Source: an uncultured delta proteobacterium
GTDB lineage: Bacteria > Desulfobacterota > RBG-13-43-22
NCBI GenBank assembly: GCA_963743305.1
Contig: CAVUPH010000020.1
Location: 96,001-160,000 of the forward strand
Length of the DNA stretch: 64,000 nt
Direction of reading: 5' to 3'
Below are positions 11,130 through 21,114 of this stretch, piece by piece. The number at the start of each line of letters is the position of its first letter. Position 1 is the stretch's first letter. Below the pieces are notes generated by a model that saw nothing but the letters and a program-made list of their open reading frames with translations, did no database searches and was not told the DNA's origin. A program made the translations under genes and the position numbers.

Positions 11130-11546
11130 TTAGCCTACCATCTCCAGGGCGTTGAAAAAATAGCCCATTTCATATTGGGCCGTCTCTGGAGCGTCGGAGC
11201 CGTGGACGATATTCTGCTCGATACTGCCGGCAAAATCGGCCCGGATGGTCCCGGGGTCGGCTTTTTTAAAGTCCGTAGCGCCCATTAAGCGGCGGTTTTT
11301 CTCGATGGCCCCTTCGCCCTCCAGGATCAGCACTACACAGGGTCCGGAAGACATGAAGTCGGTCAGACTCTCAAAAAAAGGACGTTCTCGGTGGACCGCG
11401 TAAAAACCTTGGGCCTGGGTTTTGGACATTTGGATCATTTTCAGGGCCGCGATCTTCAGGCCGTTGGCTTCAAACCGTTTAAGCACTTCCCCGACGAGCC
11501 CTTTGGCCACGCCGTCGGGCTTGATGATGGATAAGGTTCGTTCCAT
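11130..11546 (-). CDS. ndk: Nucleoside-diphosphate kinase
   Basis: [25 protein letters not shown]. Confidence 0.98.
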   Translation of the reverse strand: MERTLSIIKPDGVAKGLVGEVLKRFEANGLKIAALKMIQMSKTQAQGFYAVHRERPFFESLTDFMSSGPCVVLILEGEGAIEKNRRLMGATDFKKADPGTIRADFAGSIEQNIVHGSDAPETAQYEMGYFFNALEMVG

Positions 11547-11685
11547 GTGGATCTCCTTTGCTGAGGTTTACCTGCTTTGAGATGAGTCTAGCTGAATAGA
11601 CCGAAAAGTGTCAAGGCTTTCAGGGGTTGAACAAGTCTGCTCCGCCATCGGCCGAAAAATAAGGGGGATTCTCGAGGCAAGCCTT

Positions 11686-12486
11686 TTATTTGATAAATGC
11701 TCCGATCATCCTCCGGAACTCCCCCGAAAAGACCATGATGGCCTGGTTGCGGTTTTCGAGGTTCAGGGCGGAATCCAGGGAGGCCGCCGTGAGGTTTTGC
11801 TCAAGTGCCCGTTTGGTTAACTTGAGGCCGCCTACGGTCTTGGCGGTCATCATTCGGGCATAGGACAGGGCGGACTCCAACAGGTTCTCGGCGGGAGCCA
11901 CCTGACTGACCAGCCCGATCCTCTCGGCCTCCTCGCCGAAAACCTTCCGACCGGTGAGCAGAATGTCCGCCGCTCTGGAAATTCCGACCATCCGAGGAAG
12001 CAGGAAGGAACTGCCCATCTCCCCGCCCGACAACCCAATGTTGATAAAGGAGGCCACGAAATAGGCTTCGGGGGCGCAGATTCGGATGTCGGCGGCCAGG
12101 GCGATGGCCATCCCGCCGCCGGCCGCGGCCCCGTTTACCGCGGCGATCACCGGCTGTCGAAGGCCCCGCAATTTCGACACCAATCCCGAATATTTTTCCT
12201 GCACTAGTCTCAGAAAGGACTCGGGATCGGCAAAGGACTCGGTTTGCGCCCGGGTGGCGACTTCTTTCAGGTCGGCTCCGGCGCAAAATCCGCGTCCGGC
12301 ACCGCTGATCAGAAGCACGCGGATGGCATCCTCCCGGTCGAGATGTCGCAGCAGCTCATCAAAGTCATCAAGCATGCGGTCGTTGATGGCGTTGAGCCGG
12401 TCCGGACGATTCAGGGTCACCAGCCCGATCTGCGGTTCGATTTCCTTAAAAGTAAGTGTTTCCAAGATGGGGATTGATGTACTCAT
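11686..12486 (-). CDS. Enoyl-CoA hydratase/isomerase family protein
   Basis: LNRPDRLNA, FCAGADL, AAVNGAAAGGG. Confidence 0.92.
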   Translation of the reverse strand: MSTSIPILETLTFKEIEPQIGLVTLNRPDRLNAINDRMLDDFDELLRHLDREDAIRVLLISGAGRGFCAGADLKEVATRAQTESFADPESFLRLVQEKYSGLVSKLRGLRQPVIAAVNGAAAGGGMAIALAADIRICAPEAYFVASFINIGLSGGEMGSSFLLPRMVGISRAADILLTGRKVFGEEAERIGLVSQVAPAENLLESALSYARMMTAKTVGGLKLTKRALEQNLTAASLDSALNLENRNQAIMVFSGEFRRMIGAFIK

Positions 12487-12560
12487 GGAGGCCTCATTAG
12501 GTGGTCATTCTCGTAGTCTTAACATCTGCTACTTTAAGGTTCATCCAAAGATTTCTCGCA

Positions 12561-12646
12561 CTGTCATTGCGAGGAACGAAGCGACGAAGCAATCCCCTAA
12601 TCAGCGTCTCGACTTACCCAAGCTCGATCGGGGGAAGCAATGACAG
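12561..12646. repeat. GTCATTGCGAG-type palindromic (REP-like) element
   Basis: CTGTCATTGC...GCAATGACAG inverted ends. Confidence 0.8.
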
Positions 12647-12659
12647 AGGTATCAGATTT

Positions 12660-12823
12660 ATTTTCGTATTAAACCCCCATGCCCGGGGCGGGCACCCCGA
12701 AGCATGAAAACAAAGGGAGCAGACATAATCCTAAGTTTTTGACATTAATAATTTATAATCAATTGTTCATTATTAATTATTGATGAATGCCCGAGTGACG
12801 CCAGGTTCTATTTTCGTACTAAA
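12660..12823. repeat. Wrapper-B repeat (TTTTCGTANTAAA / GAAGCATGAAAA) with AT-rich heptamer cargo
   Basis: Shares ends with 31970-32153 and 18906-19086; its right end contains the stop codon of the malonyl-CoA decarboxylase gene. Confidence 0.65.
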
Positions 12824-14165
12824 TCTTCCAAGGCAGCAGCCCTTTCATGGTCCTGCCGATCTGTTGCAGCCAGGATTGAGAATAGATGTAATTCACCATC
12901 AGACCGCAGGATTCGGCCAGGCCTTTCGCGGAGCGGTTGGCCCCGAAGTTGATATGGTTGGGGCTCACCGTGGCGCCGTTGCCCAAATGAAAATTCGCTA
13001 CCGGATTCAAAGGGCGCCCGCGTTTGTTTTTTTCTTGGGTCAAGTAGAAGTAGACGAGCTCGTTCAAGGGTTTCCGGATTAGGTTGGAAAATTCCTGTTG
13101 TTCAATCCAGTCCGTACGGCGTAACACCTGATAGAGCGCCTCCCGCAGATCGCCTGTTTCCTGACCGGTAATCCGGCGACCTTGGTCCAAGATTTGAGGA
13201 CGAAGCTTTTCCGGGAAAAAGTTTATCAAACGTTCCGGGGTAAGCGCAAAATGAACCGGTTCTCCTTGGAGGCAAGGTTCTAAATACCGTTCCCAGAAAC
13301 CCGGGACAGGACTCAGGGTGGCATACGTTTTTATGTCGGGGTTGTCTTTTTTCAAGGCCTCCACGACCTGGAAAATAAGGACTTTCCCCAGTCCCAGTCC
13401 GGCTAGACCATTCTGGGTATTGTTGATGGAATAGAAGATCGCGGAGTCAGGGGCCTTGACGCGCCGGCCCGGGGCCGCTGCCTCGCCGAGGATTTCGTCA
13501 ATGGACCGGGCCAACCCCCGGGTCAGCGCCACTTCGATGAACACCACCGGTTCCTGAGGTAGCGCCCGGTGATAAAGGGCAAAGCAGCGGCGGTCGGTTC
13601 CCAGACGCCGGCCCATTTCTTCCAGATCGGCCATGGGATGGACCAAGTCGCGGTCTTTTAAAAACCGGATTTGACGGAAAGGAGAATCCTGGGTGATTTC
13701 CTGAAGGACCAATAGACCCTGTTGAAACAGTAGGTTAAAGAGGGTGACGATGTCTTCGTCCAGGTATTCCAGATTCAGGGTAGTTTGCCGCTGGGTGGCC
13801 AACAAGTCTACCCGAAAGTCCAATAGAAATTTCAGGCCTCCAGGAAGATTCAGGAAGGGCGCAAAGAGCTGCCGATAAGGGGGGTCGATTTTCCGGCGCA
13901 GTTCGACCATCTGACGCTGCCAGTTGTCGGATCGGTCATCCGGCTCGGTCAACAGGGACTCCAGATTCGGGGCAATCTGATCTTTGGAGATTTGAAAAGT
14001 CAGAACCAGCGTTTCAAAGAAGGAGCCCCGATCATCCCGGTTCACCACGACATATTGGTTTTGAAATCTTTTGAGCAGGTCAAGGGAAGGTTCCTTCAAG
14101 TTTCGGATTTCCTTCAGCAGATTGATGAGTTCCTTAACCTTTTTATTGGTGGATCGGTCCGGCAT
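12819..14165 (-). CDS. Malonyl-CoA decarboxylase
   Basis: DRRCFALYH, FIEVALT, AIFYSINNTQNGLAG, ATLSPVPGF, NPVANFHLGNGA. Confidence 0.93.
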   Translation of the reverse strand: MPDRSTNKKVKELINLLKEIRNLKEPSLDLLKRFQNQYVVVNRDDRGSFFETLVLTFQISKDQIAPNLESLLTEPDDRSDNWQRQMVELRRKIDPPYRQLFAPFLNLPGGLKFLLDFRVDLLATQRQTTLNLEYLDEDIVTLFNLLFQQGLLVLQEITQDSPFRQIRFLKDRDLVHPMADLEEMGRRLGTDRRCFALYHRALPQEPVVFIEVALTRGLARSIDEILGEAAAPGRRVKAPDSAIFYSINNTQNGLAGLGLGKVLIFQVVEALKKDNPDIKTYATLSPVPGFWERYLEPCLQGEPVHFALTPERLINFFPEKLRPQILDQGRRITGQETGDLREALYQVLRRTDWIEQQEFSNLIRKPLNELVYFYLTQEKNKRGRPLNPVANFHLGNGATVSPNHINFGANRSAKGLAESCGLMVNYIYSQSWLQQIGRTMKGLLPWKI

Positions 14166-14333
14166 CCTTGGTCCCTGGACTTTTATAGTTTTGGCGCTTT
14201 CTTCTGATATCGATTTCTGTGGATGGTAATGTATTATGGACCACTCAGGTTGTCAACCCCGGTTTAAATCCAGCCTTGACCTTTTCAAAAAAATGAGGCG
14301 TTATGGGATGAAGGACGAGGGCCTAAGCTGCCT

Positions 14334-15275
14334 ATGGGCTACAGAAAGACAGCCACGGCCTTCCCAGGCCGATTATTTTTACCAGGAGGCGGAATCTTGC
14401 CGACCGATTATTTTTTTTCCGGAGTGGACGGGGACTTCCATTACTTGGACTGGGGAGGTGAAGGACCGCTGCTGCATCTGGCCCACGCCACCGGCTACTG
14501 CGCCGGGGTCTATACTCCGCTGGCTGAAAGGTTGACTGCCAAATTGAGGGTGTTGGGGTTGGATGACCGCGGCCATGGGAAAACCTCGGTTCCGGCCGAT
14601 CCTCGGAAATTAAAGAATTGGAAGATATTCACGGAGGATCTGGCAGCCTTCATTCAAAGGCAGGGGAGCCCGCTGGTGGCCCTGGGCCACTCCCGGGGCG
14701 GGACGGTCAGCCTGATGCTGGCGGTGCAGTACCCGGAGTTGGTGCGCGCGCTCATATTGATCGATCCCACCATCCTGCCTTTCTCCTGGATGTGGTGGTG
14801 GTACCTGGCCAAAAAAACGGGTGCGGCTCGTTTTGTCCCGATTGCCTACCGTGCGGCCGGAAGACGGCGGATTTGGCCGGACCGGGAGACGATTTTTCAA
14901 TCCTATCGGCGCAAGGAGTCCATGAAACGCTGGGACGAAGCCTTCTTGAAGGCCTATGTGGAAGAAGGTACGGCCGAAACGGCTGACGGTCGGATTTCCT
15001 GGCGTTGTGCTCCCTCCTGGGAAGCCCGCTGTTTCGCCGTCTGCCCCCACGACGTCTGGCAATTCGTTCCGCAGGTCCGTTGCCCGACCCTGGTGCTTTA
15101 TGGACGAGAATCGGACACCTTCCTGAGGCCGGCCGCCGAGCGTTTTAAAAGAAAACTGCCTTCGGTCGAATTGGTCGGGATGGAACATACCAGCCACTTC
15201 GTCCCCATGGAAAGACCCGAGGAAACGACGACGGCCATATTTGAATTCTTAAGGCATAATCGAATAATAACCTGA
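14334..15275 (+). CDS. Alpha/beta-fold hydrolase
   Basis: HATG, DDRGHG, GHSRGG nucleophile elbow, C-terminal SHFVPME; start uncertain. Confidence 0.88.
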   Translation: MGYRKTATAFPGRLFLPGGGILPTDYFFSGVDGDFHYLDWGGEGPLLHLAHATGYCAGVYTPLAERLTAKLRVLGLDDRGHGKTSVPADPRKLKNWKIFTEDLAAFIQRQGSPLVALGHSRGGTVSLMLAVQYPELVRALILIDPTILPFSWMWWWYLAKKTGAARFVPIAYRAAGRRRIWPDRETIFQSYRRKESMKRWDEAFLKAYVEEGTAETADGRISWRCAPSWEARCFAVCPHDVWQFVPQVRCPTLVLYGRESDTFLRPAAERFKRKLPSVELVGMEHTSHFVPMERPEETTTAIFEFLRHNRIIT

Positions 15276-15279
15276 TCGA

Positions 15280-15504
15280 TTAAGCCGATTTCCGGGTAAG
15301 TGTTGGGTCGATCTCAAGTTCATATTTTAAGATGGTCCTGATATTTATTTTATGGGAGGCATTGAGTATTTCTATCCCCACAATTTTATCATCTTTTGTG
15401 GTGTCTAGATTAACCCCTTCAGAAATTTCAATCACGCCGTCCGGTTTTTGATTGCCGAGTTTAATATATACGGCATCAGCCTCATGGTCATAATGGACTC
15501 TCAT
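15280..15504 (-). CDS. DUF2283-family small protein (antitoxin-like), orphan
   Basis: YDHEADAVYI...IVGIEILNAS pattern. Confidence 0.85.
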   Translation of the reverse strand: MRVHYDHEADAVYIKLGNQKPDGVIEISEGVNLDTTKDDKIVGIEILNASHKINIRTILKYELEIDPTLTRKSA

Positions 15505-15671
15505 TATTGAACCCTTTCCATGACAATTTGGTAAACCATAAGGGTCCCCTCTTGAGGTGTAAAAAAATCAGATCTAGCTTGTAGCTGTTTAAATTTAAGG
15601 GAAAAACAGAGGAGAGAAGCGACGAAGCAATCCCCCGGTGAGTCTATACTGTTTCATCGGACACTGTGGAT

Positions 15672-15815
15672 ATGGAAACCGTTTCCCTGAGCAATGACCC
15701 TAAGTTTATTGCCCTAATTGAACGCTCCCGCGCTAGACAAGAAGAAGAGGGGGGAATTTCCATCCAGGAAATGTGGCGACGGCTGGAAAGGCCAAAAGAT
15801 TTAAAACGGCCATAA
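15672..15815 (+). pseudogene. C-terminal remnant of a Phd/YefM-type antitoxin
   Basis: METVSLSNDPKFIALIERSRARQEEEGGISIQEMWRRL; N-terminal DNA-binding half absent; not in ORF track. Confidence 0.55.
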
Positions 15816-15831
15816 CAAAAGAAGTTCCCGG

Positions 15832-15909
15832 CCGGATACTTTTGTGGATGAGGATCCCCTGGCCTGGGAGATTAAACGCCAGGGCCTACCGATTTCATTG
15901 GAAGGATGA
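15832..15909 (+). pseudogene. C-terminal remnant of a minimal nucleotidyltransferase (MNT)
   Basis: PDTFVDEDPLAWEIKRQGLPI resembles the MNT C-terminal helix. Confidence 0.4.
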
Positions 15910-16795
15910 GAAATGGTGCGGGTCCCGGGCGATTACCTCAGGATCGCCTCGATGACTCGGCAGATGGTTTAGGATTGTTTTAAATTTTTGCGGCAAGTTG
16001 GGCTACGCGAAGAACGGTATCTCGGTCCCGTCCCCGCTTTACTTTTTTGAAGTGCCTGAGTAGGGCAAGTTGTTCGGTCGGCAAACTGTCCGGCTGGTTC
16101 ATAAGAGGCCGTGTAGACTCCGGTTCAAAAAATTTTTACCTAGGTTACCGGGATACAAATCCAATTGGATCCCCGGTTGCGCGGCGGAAACGATGTGTGT
16201 AGTTTTCGATGAGAAATTTAGACATGCAACACCGAGAGAGTTCAACGGGAAGGCCAAGGACCTCGGTTTTTTTGCATATTTAGACAGCTAAGTTCTGAAT
16301 TTTATTCCCAAGCCTATGAGCGCCGTAAGGGCATTTGAAGCCGATTGATAAAAGAGGTTCGTGAAATCTTTGCCCAACAAAAATCATCTGCTCTTGCTTA
16401 ATAAAGGGGCTGAAGCCCAGATTCGAGCGCAGAAAGGATATGTAAAGGCAATATTTCGATAAATTGGAAGATGACTCTTGGCCATCCCAATGTCTTATTA
16501 TTATTGGACTGGCAAAGGCCTGTAATTTAATCAAGTGAAATTTAATTTTGAAATCTCTTTCCTCAGTGGCTAAACAAATCCAAGGGTGGCTGTGCCACCG
16601 GAGGGGCAAAGCCCTGTCCCAACGGTACCCTTTAGACGTCTTTCAAAATTCCTTACCGTATCATTGGGGTGAAGGGCCGAGCCTGGCCGGCCTGCCCGCG
16701 TGGTTACCAGGGCGGCGTCCATTGCTGCGCTTCCTTTTTGCCGGAGAAGGAAGGGGATGGATCGTTTGAGGTGATCGTCCGGAAAATAGAATAGA

Positions 16796-17198
16796 TCAGG
16801 TACTCTTGAACCAGGATATCTTCAAGGGGCGAATACGGGCAATTTTTTCGAAATCCCGATCTCGATTCAGCAAAAGAGCGTCGGCTTCCATGGCGATCTG
16901 AGCGATGCAACAATCAACAGGACTGCTGATTGTCAGCCCTTTTCTCCTTAATTCAAACCAGATTCGGGCGGCCTCTCTCCAGGTATTATCCCCGGCCTCC
17001 AGGTAATATTGATCGGCCAGGTATTCGTCCAGTAGCCGCCATTCCCGCTCGTCTTTCGCTCCCTGCAGGAGTTCAAGCTGAGTGAAGCGGCAAAGTACGT
17101 CAGGACTCATCTTCGATAATAACCTGAAAAGCCTTTTTGACCTTTCCCGTTCGATCCCGCAGCAACTCGACCCAGACCGAGGTGTCTACCAGGTTCAT
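16796..17198 (-). CDS. vapC: VapC PIN-domain toxin (apparent frameshift near 17105)
   Basis: MNLVDTSVWVE...ELLQGA...VDCCIAQIA...RDRDFE. Confidence 0.88.
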
Positions 17199-17400
17199 CT
17201 GTTGGTTTTCCTTAATTCCTTATGATCAAACCCCGGATAAAAAGAAATACGGCCGGACAAGCTCTGTCAGGTCCTTACTGTTTTTTTAACCGGATCATTT
17301 CCCGTAGTGCCTCATGAATTAAGTCCTTTTTGGTTTTAGCCCGGCTGACGGAAAAGGCTTCTTTCATCAATTCATCGTCGATCACGATATTGGTTCGCAT
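17195..17400 (-). CDS. vapB: VapB antitoxin (apparent frameshifts near 17260-17285)
   Basis: MRTNIVIDDELMKEA...TKKDLIHEALRE; ATGA overlap with vapC. Confidence 0.85.
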
Positions 17401-17419
17401 CGCAAAATCATCTCCTTTT

Positions 17420-17465
17420 ATGTGTATTTAATACACATTCTAATAAGCCTGAAATGAACGATCAA
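17420..17465 (-). promoter_or_regulatory. vapBC sigma70 promoter with overlapping operator palindrome
   Basis: TTGATC-17nt-TAGAAT on minus strand; ATGTGTATT-T-AATACACAT at 17420-17438. Confidence 0.75.
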
Positions 17466-17554
17466 GATAATATTCACATGGGTGAGAAAACAGAAACGGG
17501 CTTTAGGCCGAATTGATTCCGAGACAAAGGTCTGAGGGCATCGGAGGGCCAAGT

Positions 17555-18788
17555 TTAAAGGCCGGTCCGGTTTAAGGCTCGAAAATAAACCTGTTCCACC
17601 CGCTCGAACACCCGGGTCCAGGAGTATTCTTCCAGGATGGGGGTCAACAGGGCCGGGTCCATTTTCGGCTCCTGCCGGACCGCTTTTATCTGATCCCGGA
17701 TGGCCGCGGCCAGACGCCCCTCAAATGAGGCTTCATCCTCCGGGTAAGGGGTGTCTAAACTTTTCAGGCGGGGCAGGTCCACCAGACGGCAATAGGACCC
17801 AGGGCAGTTCCCCCAGCACCTCCTCGATGCCGGGGAAGTTGGTCGAGACCAGTCGGCAGCCGCAGGCCAGGGCCTCCAGCAGGACCAGGGCCAGTCCTTC
17901 GTAAAAGGAAGGTAAAATCAGAAGATGGGAGCGCCGAAAGATCTCCGCCAGTTTTTCCTGGGGCAAAGGGCCGTGAACCTGGACCCGAGCTCCCAGGCTT
18001 TCCGCCAAGGAATGGGCCTCTTCTTTTTCCGGTCCAGCTCCTCCCCCAATCAGGTGCAATCTCCAGGACGGCTCGCTGATATCTGAGAGCGCCCTCAACA
18101 TCCAGGGGACTCCTTTGGCCCGGCTGAGCTTGCCGGCATAAACCATCTCGATCGGCGGGGGATGGGGTTTCGGTTCCGGTTTAAAGATTTCCTGATGGTA
18201 GCCTACTCCCACTACGGTGACCTGATCGGGAGAAAATCCATAGAGCCGGATGATCTCCCGCTTTTGTGCCTGGCTGAGGGCCATGATGCCCTCCAGACCG
18301 GCGCAACCGGATTGGACCCTTGGCTGAAGGTCACGGCATTTCTGAAACTGGCGCAGGTCGGAGCCATGGCAGGTGGTCACCACCGGGATTTGGGGAAAGG
18401 ACCTTTTGATGAGAGAAGTCAAAAGCCAGAGGTGGTGACTGTGGATGAGGTCCGGTTGAAAATCTTTGACGACTCGTTCCAAGCGGTCCGCAAAACATTT
18501 TTCATACAGTTCCAGGTCCGTGCCGGTCAGGTCGGAAAAGCGTTTGCTGGGGTAGGGCATGACGTCGCTCATGCCCACCACCGGAAAAGGGAGACGGGGG
18601 GTTTCGAAATGGACGTAGGAGCACTGGTCGCCGGTCAGACAGTCGAGCCGGGGTTGATCGTCCGAAGGGATGCCGGCCAGGAGGAAATTGTCATGCCCGG
18701 CCCGGAAGGCTTCGCGGACCATGGCCCGGACATAGATGCCGCTGCCGGTGGCTTCCGGGCGCTGGCTGAGAGCGTGGAGAATACGCAT
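17555..18788 (-). CDS. Glycosyltransferase family 4 (apparent frameshift near 17790)
   Basis: HSHHLW, YAGKLSRAKG, PSFYEGLALVLLEALACG. Confidence 0.9.
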
Positions 18789-18905
18789 AAGTCCGATCAA
18801 AAACCAACATTAATAATCAATAATCAATTGTTAATTATTAATTGTTAACGGGCTGGTATGGGCTAGACTGAGGTTTTTAAACCACAACCTGCAACACTCA
18901 ACGCC

Positions 18906-19086
18906 CATTTACATACCAAACTTCCAAGCCCCAGGGGCCACCCTTGAAGCATAAAAATAACCGAACTATTCCGTCATTGCGAGGAGAGAAGCGACGAAGC
19001 CATCCCCCAAGGGGCTTAACCCCTCCCCACGAGCCCAACCAGGGGATGGCTTCGCTTTGCTCGCAATGACAGTGGGGCGTGATTTT
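18906..19086. repeat. Wrapper-B repeat enclosing a GTCATTGCGAG palindrome (18972-19070)
   Basis: GAAGCATAAAAA then GTCATTGCGAG...CTCGCAATGAC. Confidence 0.75.
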
Positions 19087-19118
19087 ATTACAGCCAAAAA
19101 AATTTCATATTTTTTTGG

Positions 19119-19979
19119 TCAGACTTTCGGTTCCTTCCACCAGGGATAGAAATCCGGAAGGTCTTTGGTCGGGCTCAAGGGGAATCGGGGCGGACGTTTT
19201 TCCAGGAAGCTCTGTACGCCTTCGTAGGCATCCTTATTTTTTCCAGCCCAGAAAAATACGCGCGAATCGATCAGGTGGACCGACTGAGGATCGCCTTCGG
19301 CCAGCCCGTGCCAGAGCAGGGCCTTGCTCAACGTTACGGAAACGGCGGAGGTGTTGTCGGCTATTTCCCGGGCGATGGACAGGGCCTTCGGCAAGACCTG
19401 ATCCTGCGGCAGCACATAGTTAAAGAGGCCGGAGTGCGCCTCCTCCCGGGCCCGGAAGATCCGGCCGGTGAGTACGAGTTCGGCGGATTTGGAAATTCCC
19501 ACAATCCGGGGTAGAAACCAGGAAGAGCAGGCCTCCGGCACCACTCCCCGGCGGGCGAAGACAAACCCGATCTTGGCGTCTTCCGCTGCGATCCGGATAT
19601 CCATGGGCAGGGTCATGGTGATCCCGATGCCTACGGCCGGGCCGTGGATGGCGGCGATCACCGGTTTGCGGCATTGATAGACAGCCAGGGACACCTGTCC
19701 CCCTCCGTCGCGGTGCCGGCTGATGGGGATCTCCCGTTCTTCCCGGCGGGCCCGGTCAAAAGTCCGGCCTCCGGCCGACAGGTCGGCTCCGGCACAGAAG
19801 GCCCGGCCGGCGCCGGTCACCACCACCACCCGAACGGCGTCATCCTCATCGGCTTCCTTAAATAGATGGATCAATTCTTCCCGCATGACCGGGGTGAAGG
19901 CGTTCAATTGGTCCGGGCGATTCAGCCGGATGAGGGCGAGGCCGTCCTTAAGTTCATATTCGGTTTGTTCTAAGTTCAC
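19119..19979 (-). CDS. Crotonase/enoyl-CoA hydratase family protein
   Basis: LNRPDQLNAF, FCAGADL, VPEACSSWFLPR, EGVQSFLEKR. Confidence 0.93.
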   Translation of the reverse strand: MNLEQTEYELKDGLALIRLNRPDQLNAFTPVMREELIHLFKEADEDDAVRVVVVTGAGRAFCAGADLSAGGRTFDRARREEREIPISRHRDGGGQVSLAVYQCRKPVIAAIHGPAVGIGITMTLPMDIRIAAEDAKIGFVFARRGVVPEACSSWFLPRIVGISKSAELVLTGRIFRAREEAHSGLFNYVLPQDQVLPKALSIAREIADNTSAVSVTLSKALLWHGLAEGDPQSVHLIDSRVFFWAGKNKDAYEGVQSFLEKRPPRFPLSPTKDLPDFYPWWKEPKV

Positions 19980-20219
19980 TGTGGCAATTCTCCTAAGTTT
20001 TATCGATATATGAGGCAGCGATGATTTAGCCGGGGGATCCCCGAACTGTCCTAATAAGGAGGCAACGATGAAGCAATCCGCTACCTCGGGGATCGATCTC
20101 TTCGATCAGGATGGCATCGAGGTATAATAGCCGGAAAGACTTATCCGGCAGACGGCTTCGACCCGCTGATGTGGATGGCCGCCCGAAGGCCGGCCGATCC
20201 CGTTCCCGAAACGATCAGG

Positions 20220-20831
20220 TCAGGGGCTTTCATCCCTTTCTCCGTTCCCGGGCATTTCCTTCTCCTGGTTTAACCGCGTGATGGTTTCGTCGACCAGGTG
20301 AAGCAGGGGGCCGTCTTCCCGCCAGAGTTGACAACTGTTGATCAGATAAGGCAGCCCTTGGACATCCTCTCTCGACCGCGGTCCGGGCCGGGGCTTCCGT
20401 GAATGCTCCGCCCAGAATCCATGCAGGATGGCCGGGCCCATGGCCAGGATCAGGTGGGTCAAATGCGAGCAGCCTTCCACCCCGCCCAGGCGACGGCGGA
20501 TCTGTTCGCTGAAACCGGCGGCCACCGACACCCCGACGATCTTTTGAACGGAGTCGGCTACGGTCGGACAGAGCTCATGGGGGATGTCCACCATTTCGGC
20601 TTCCGCCTCCAGGATGGCCGGCGGCCAATTCCCGACCAGGAGCCGGACCCCTATCCGGTGGACCACACCGGGAGGACGGCGGCGCCCGTCCCAATGATAC
20701 CCATCCAGCAGACGGTTATCGGTCAGCCAGCCTTCGACAATAATTTGTTGGTTTTCCAACGGAACCGTCCGGATCTCGATCTTCCGCTGATGAACGGGTG
20801 GACCCGGGATAAGATCCTTCAATCGACCCAT
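20220..20831 (-). CDS. DUF2889-family protein
   Basis: HQRKIEI, PHELC, GGVEGCSHL, LINSC motifs. Confidence 0.75.
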   Translation of the reverse strand: MGRLKDLIPGPPVHQRKIEIRTVPLENQQIIVEGWLTDNRLLDGYHWDGRRRPPGVVHRIGVRLLVGNWPPAILEAEAEMVDIPHELCPTVADSVQKIVGVSVAAGFSEQIRRRLGGVEGCSHLTHLILAMGPAILHGFWAEHSRKPRPGPRSREDVQGLPYLINSCQLWREDGPLLHLVDETITRLNQEKEMPGNGERDESP

Positions 20832-21114
20832 GCTGCCACTCCCTTCGAACGTTGCCTGTAGAGAATCAGAAATCCTTCCCTTATTCTCCGAGGTTATTCA
20901 TAATCTTTTAGCCTGTCAACGAAATCTGGGGAGAGGAAAGGAACTCCTGGTTGGGGTCCGATTCATTCGTGCCGCGGTTTTGGAAGCACAAGGAAGACCT
21001 AGCCAAAAGAATTATTTTTTTTGGCTGGAATAATAACCACATCCGTTGTTAAAAACAAATTCACAGAACAGTGGATGCAGGAATCGAATGCCGGGTAACT
21101 GAAGTGACCGGCAG

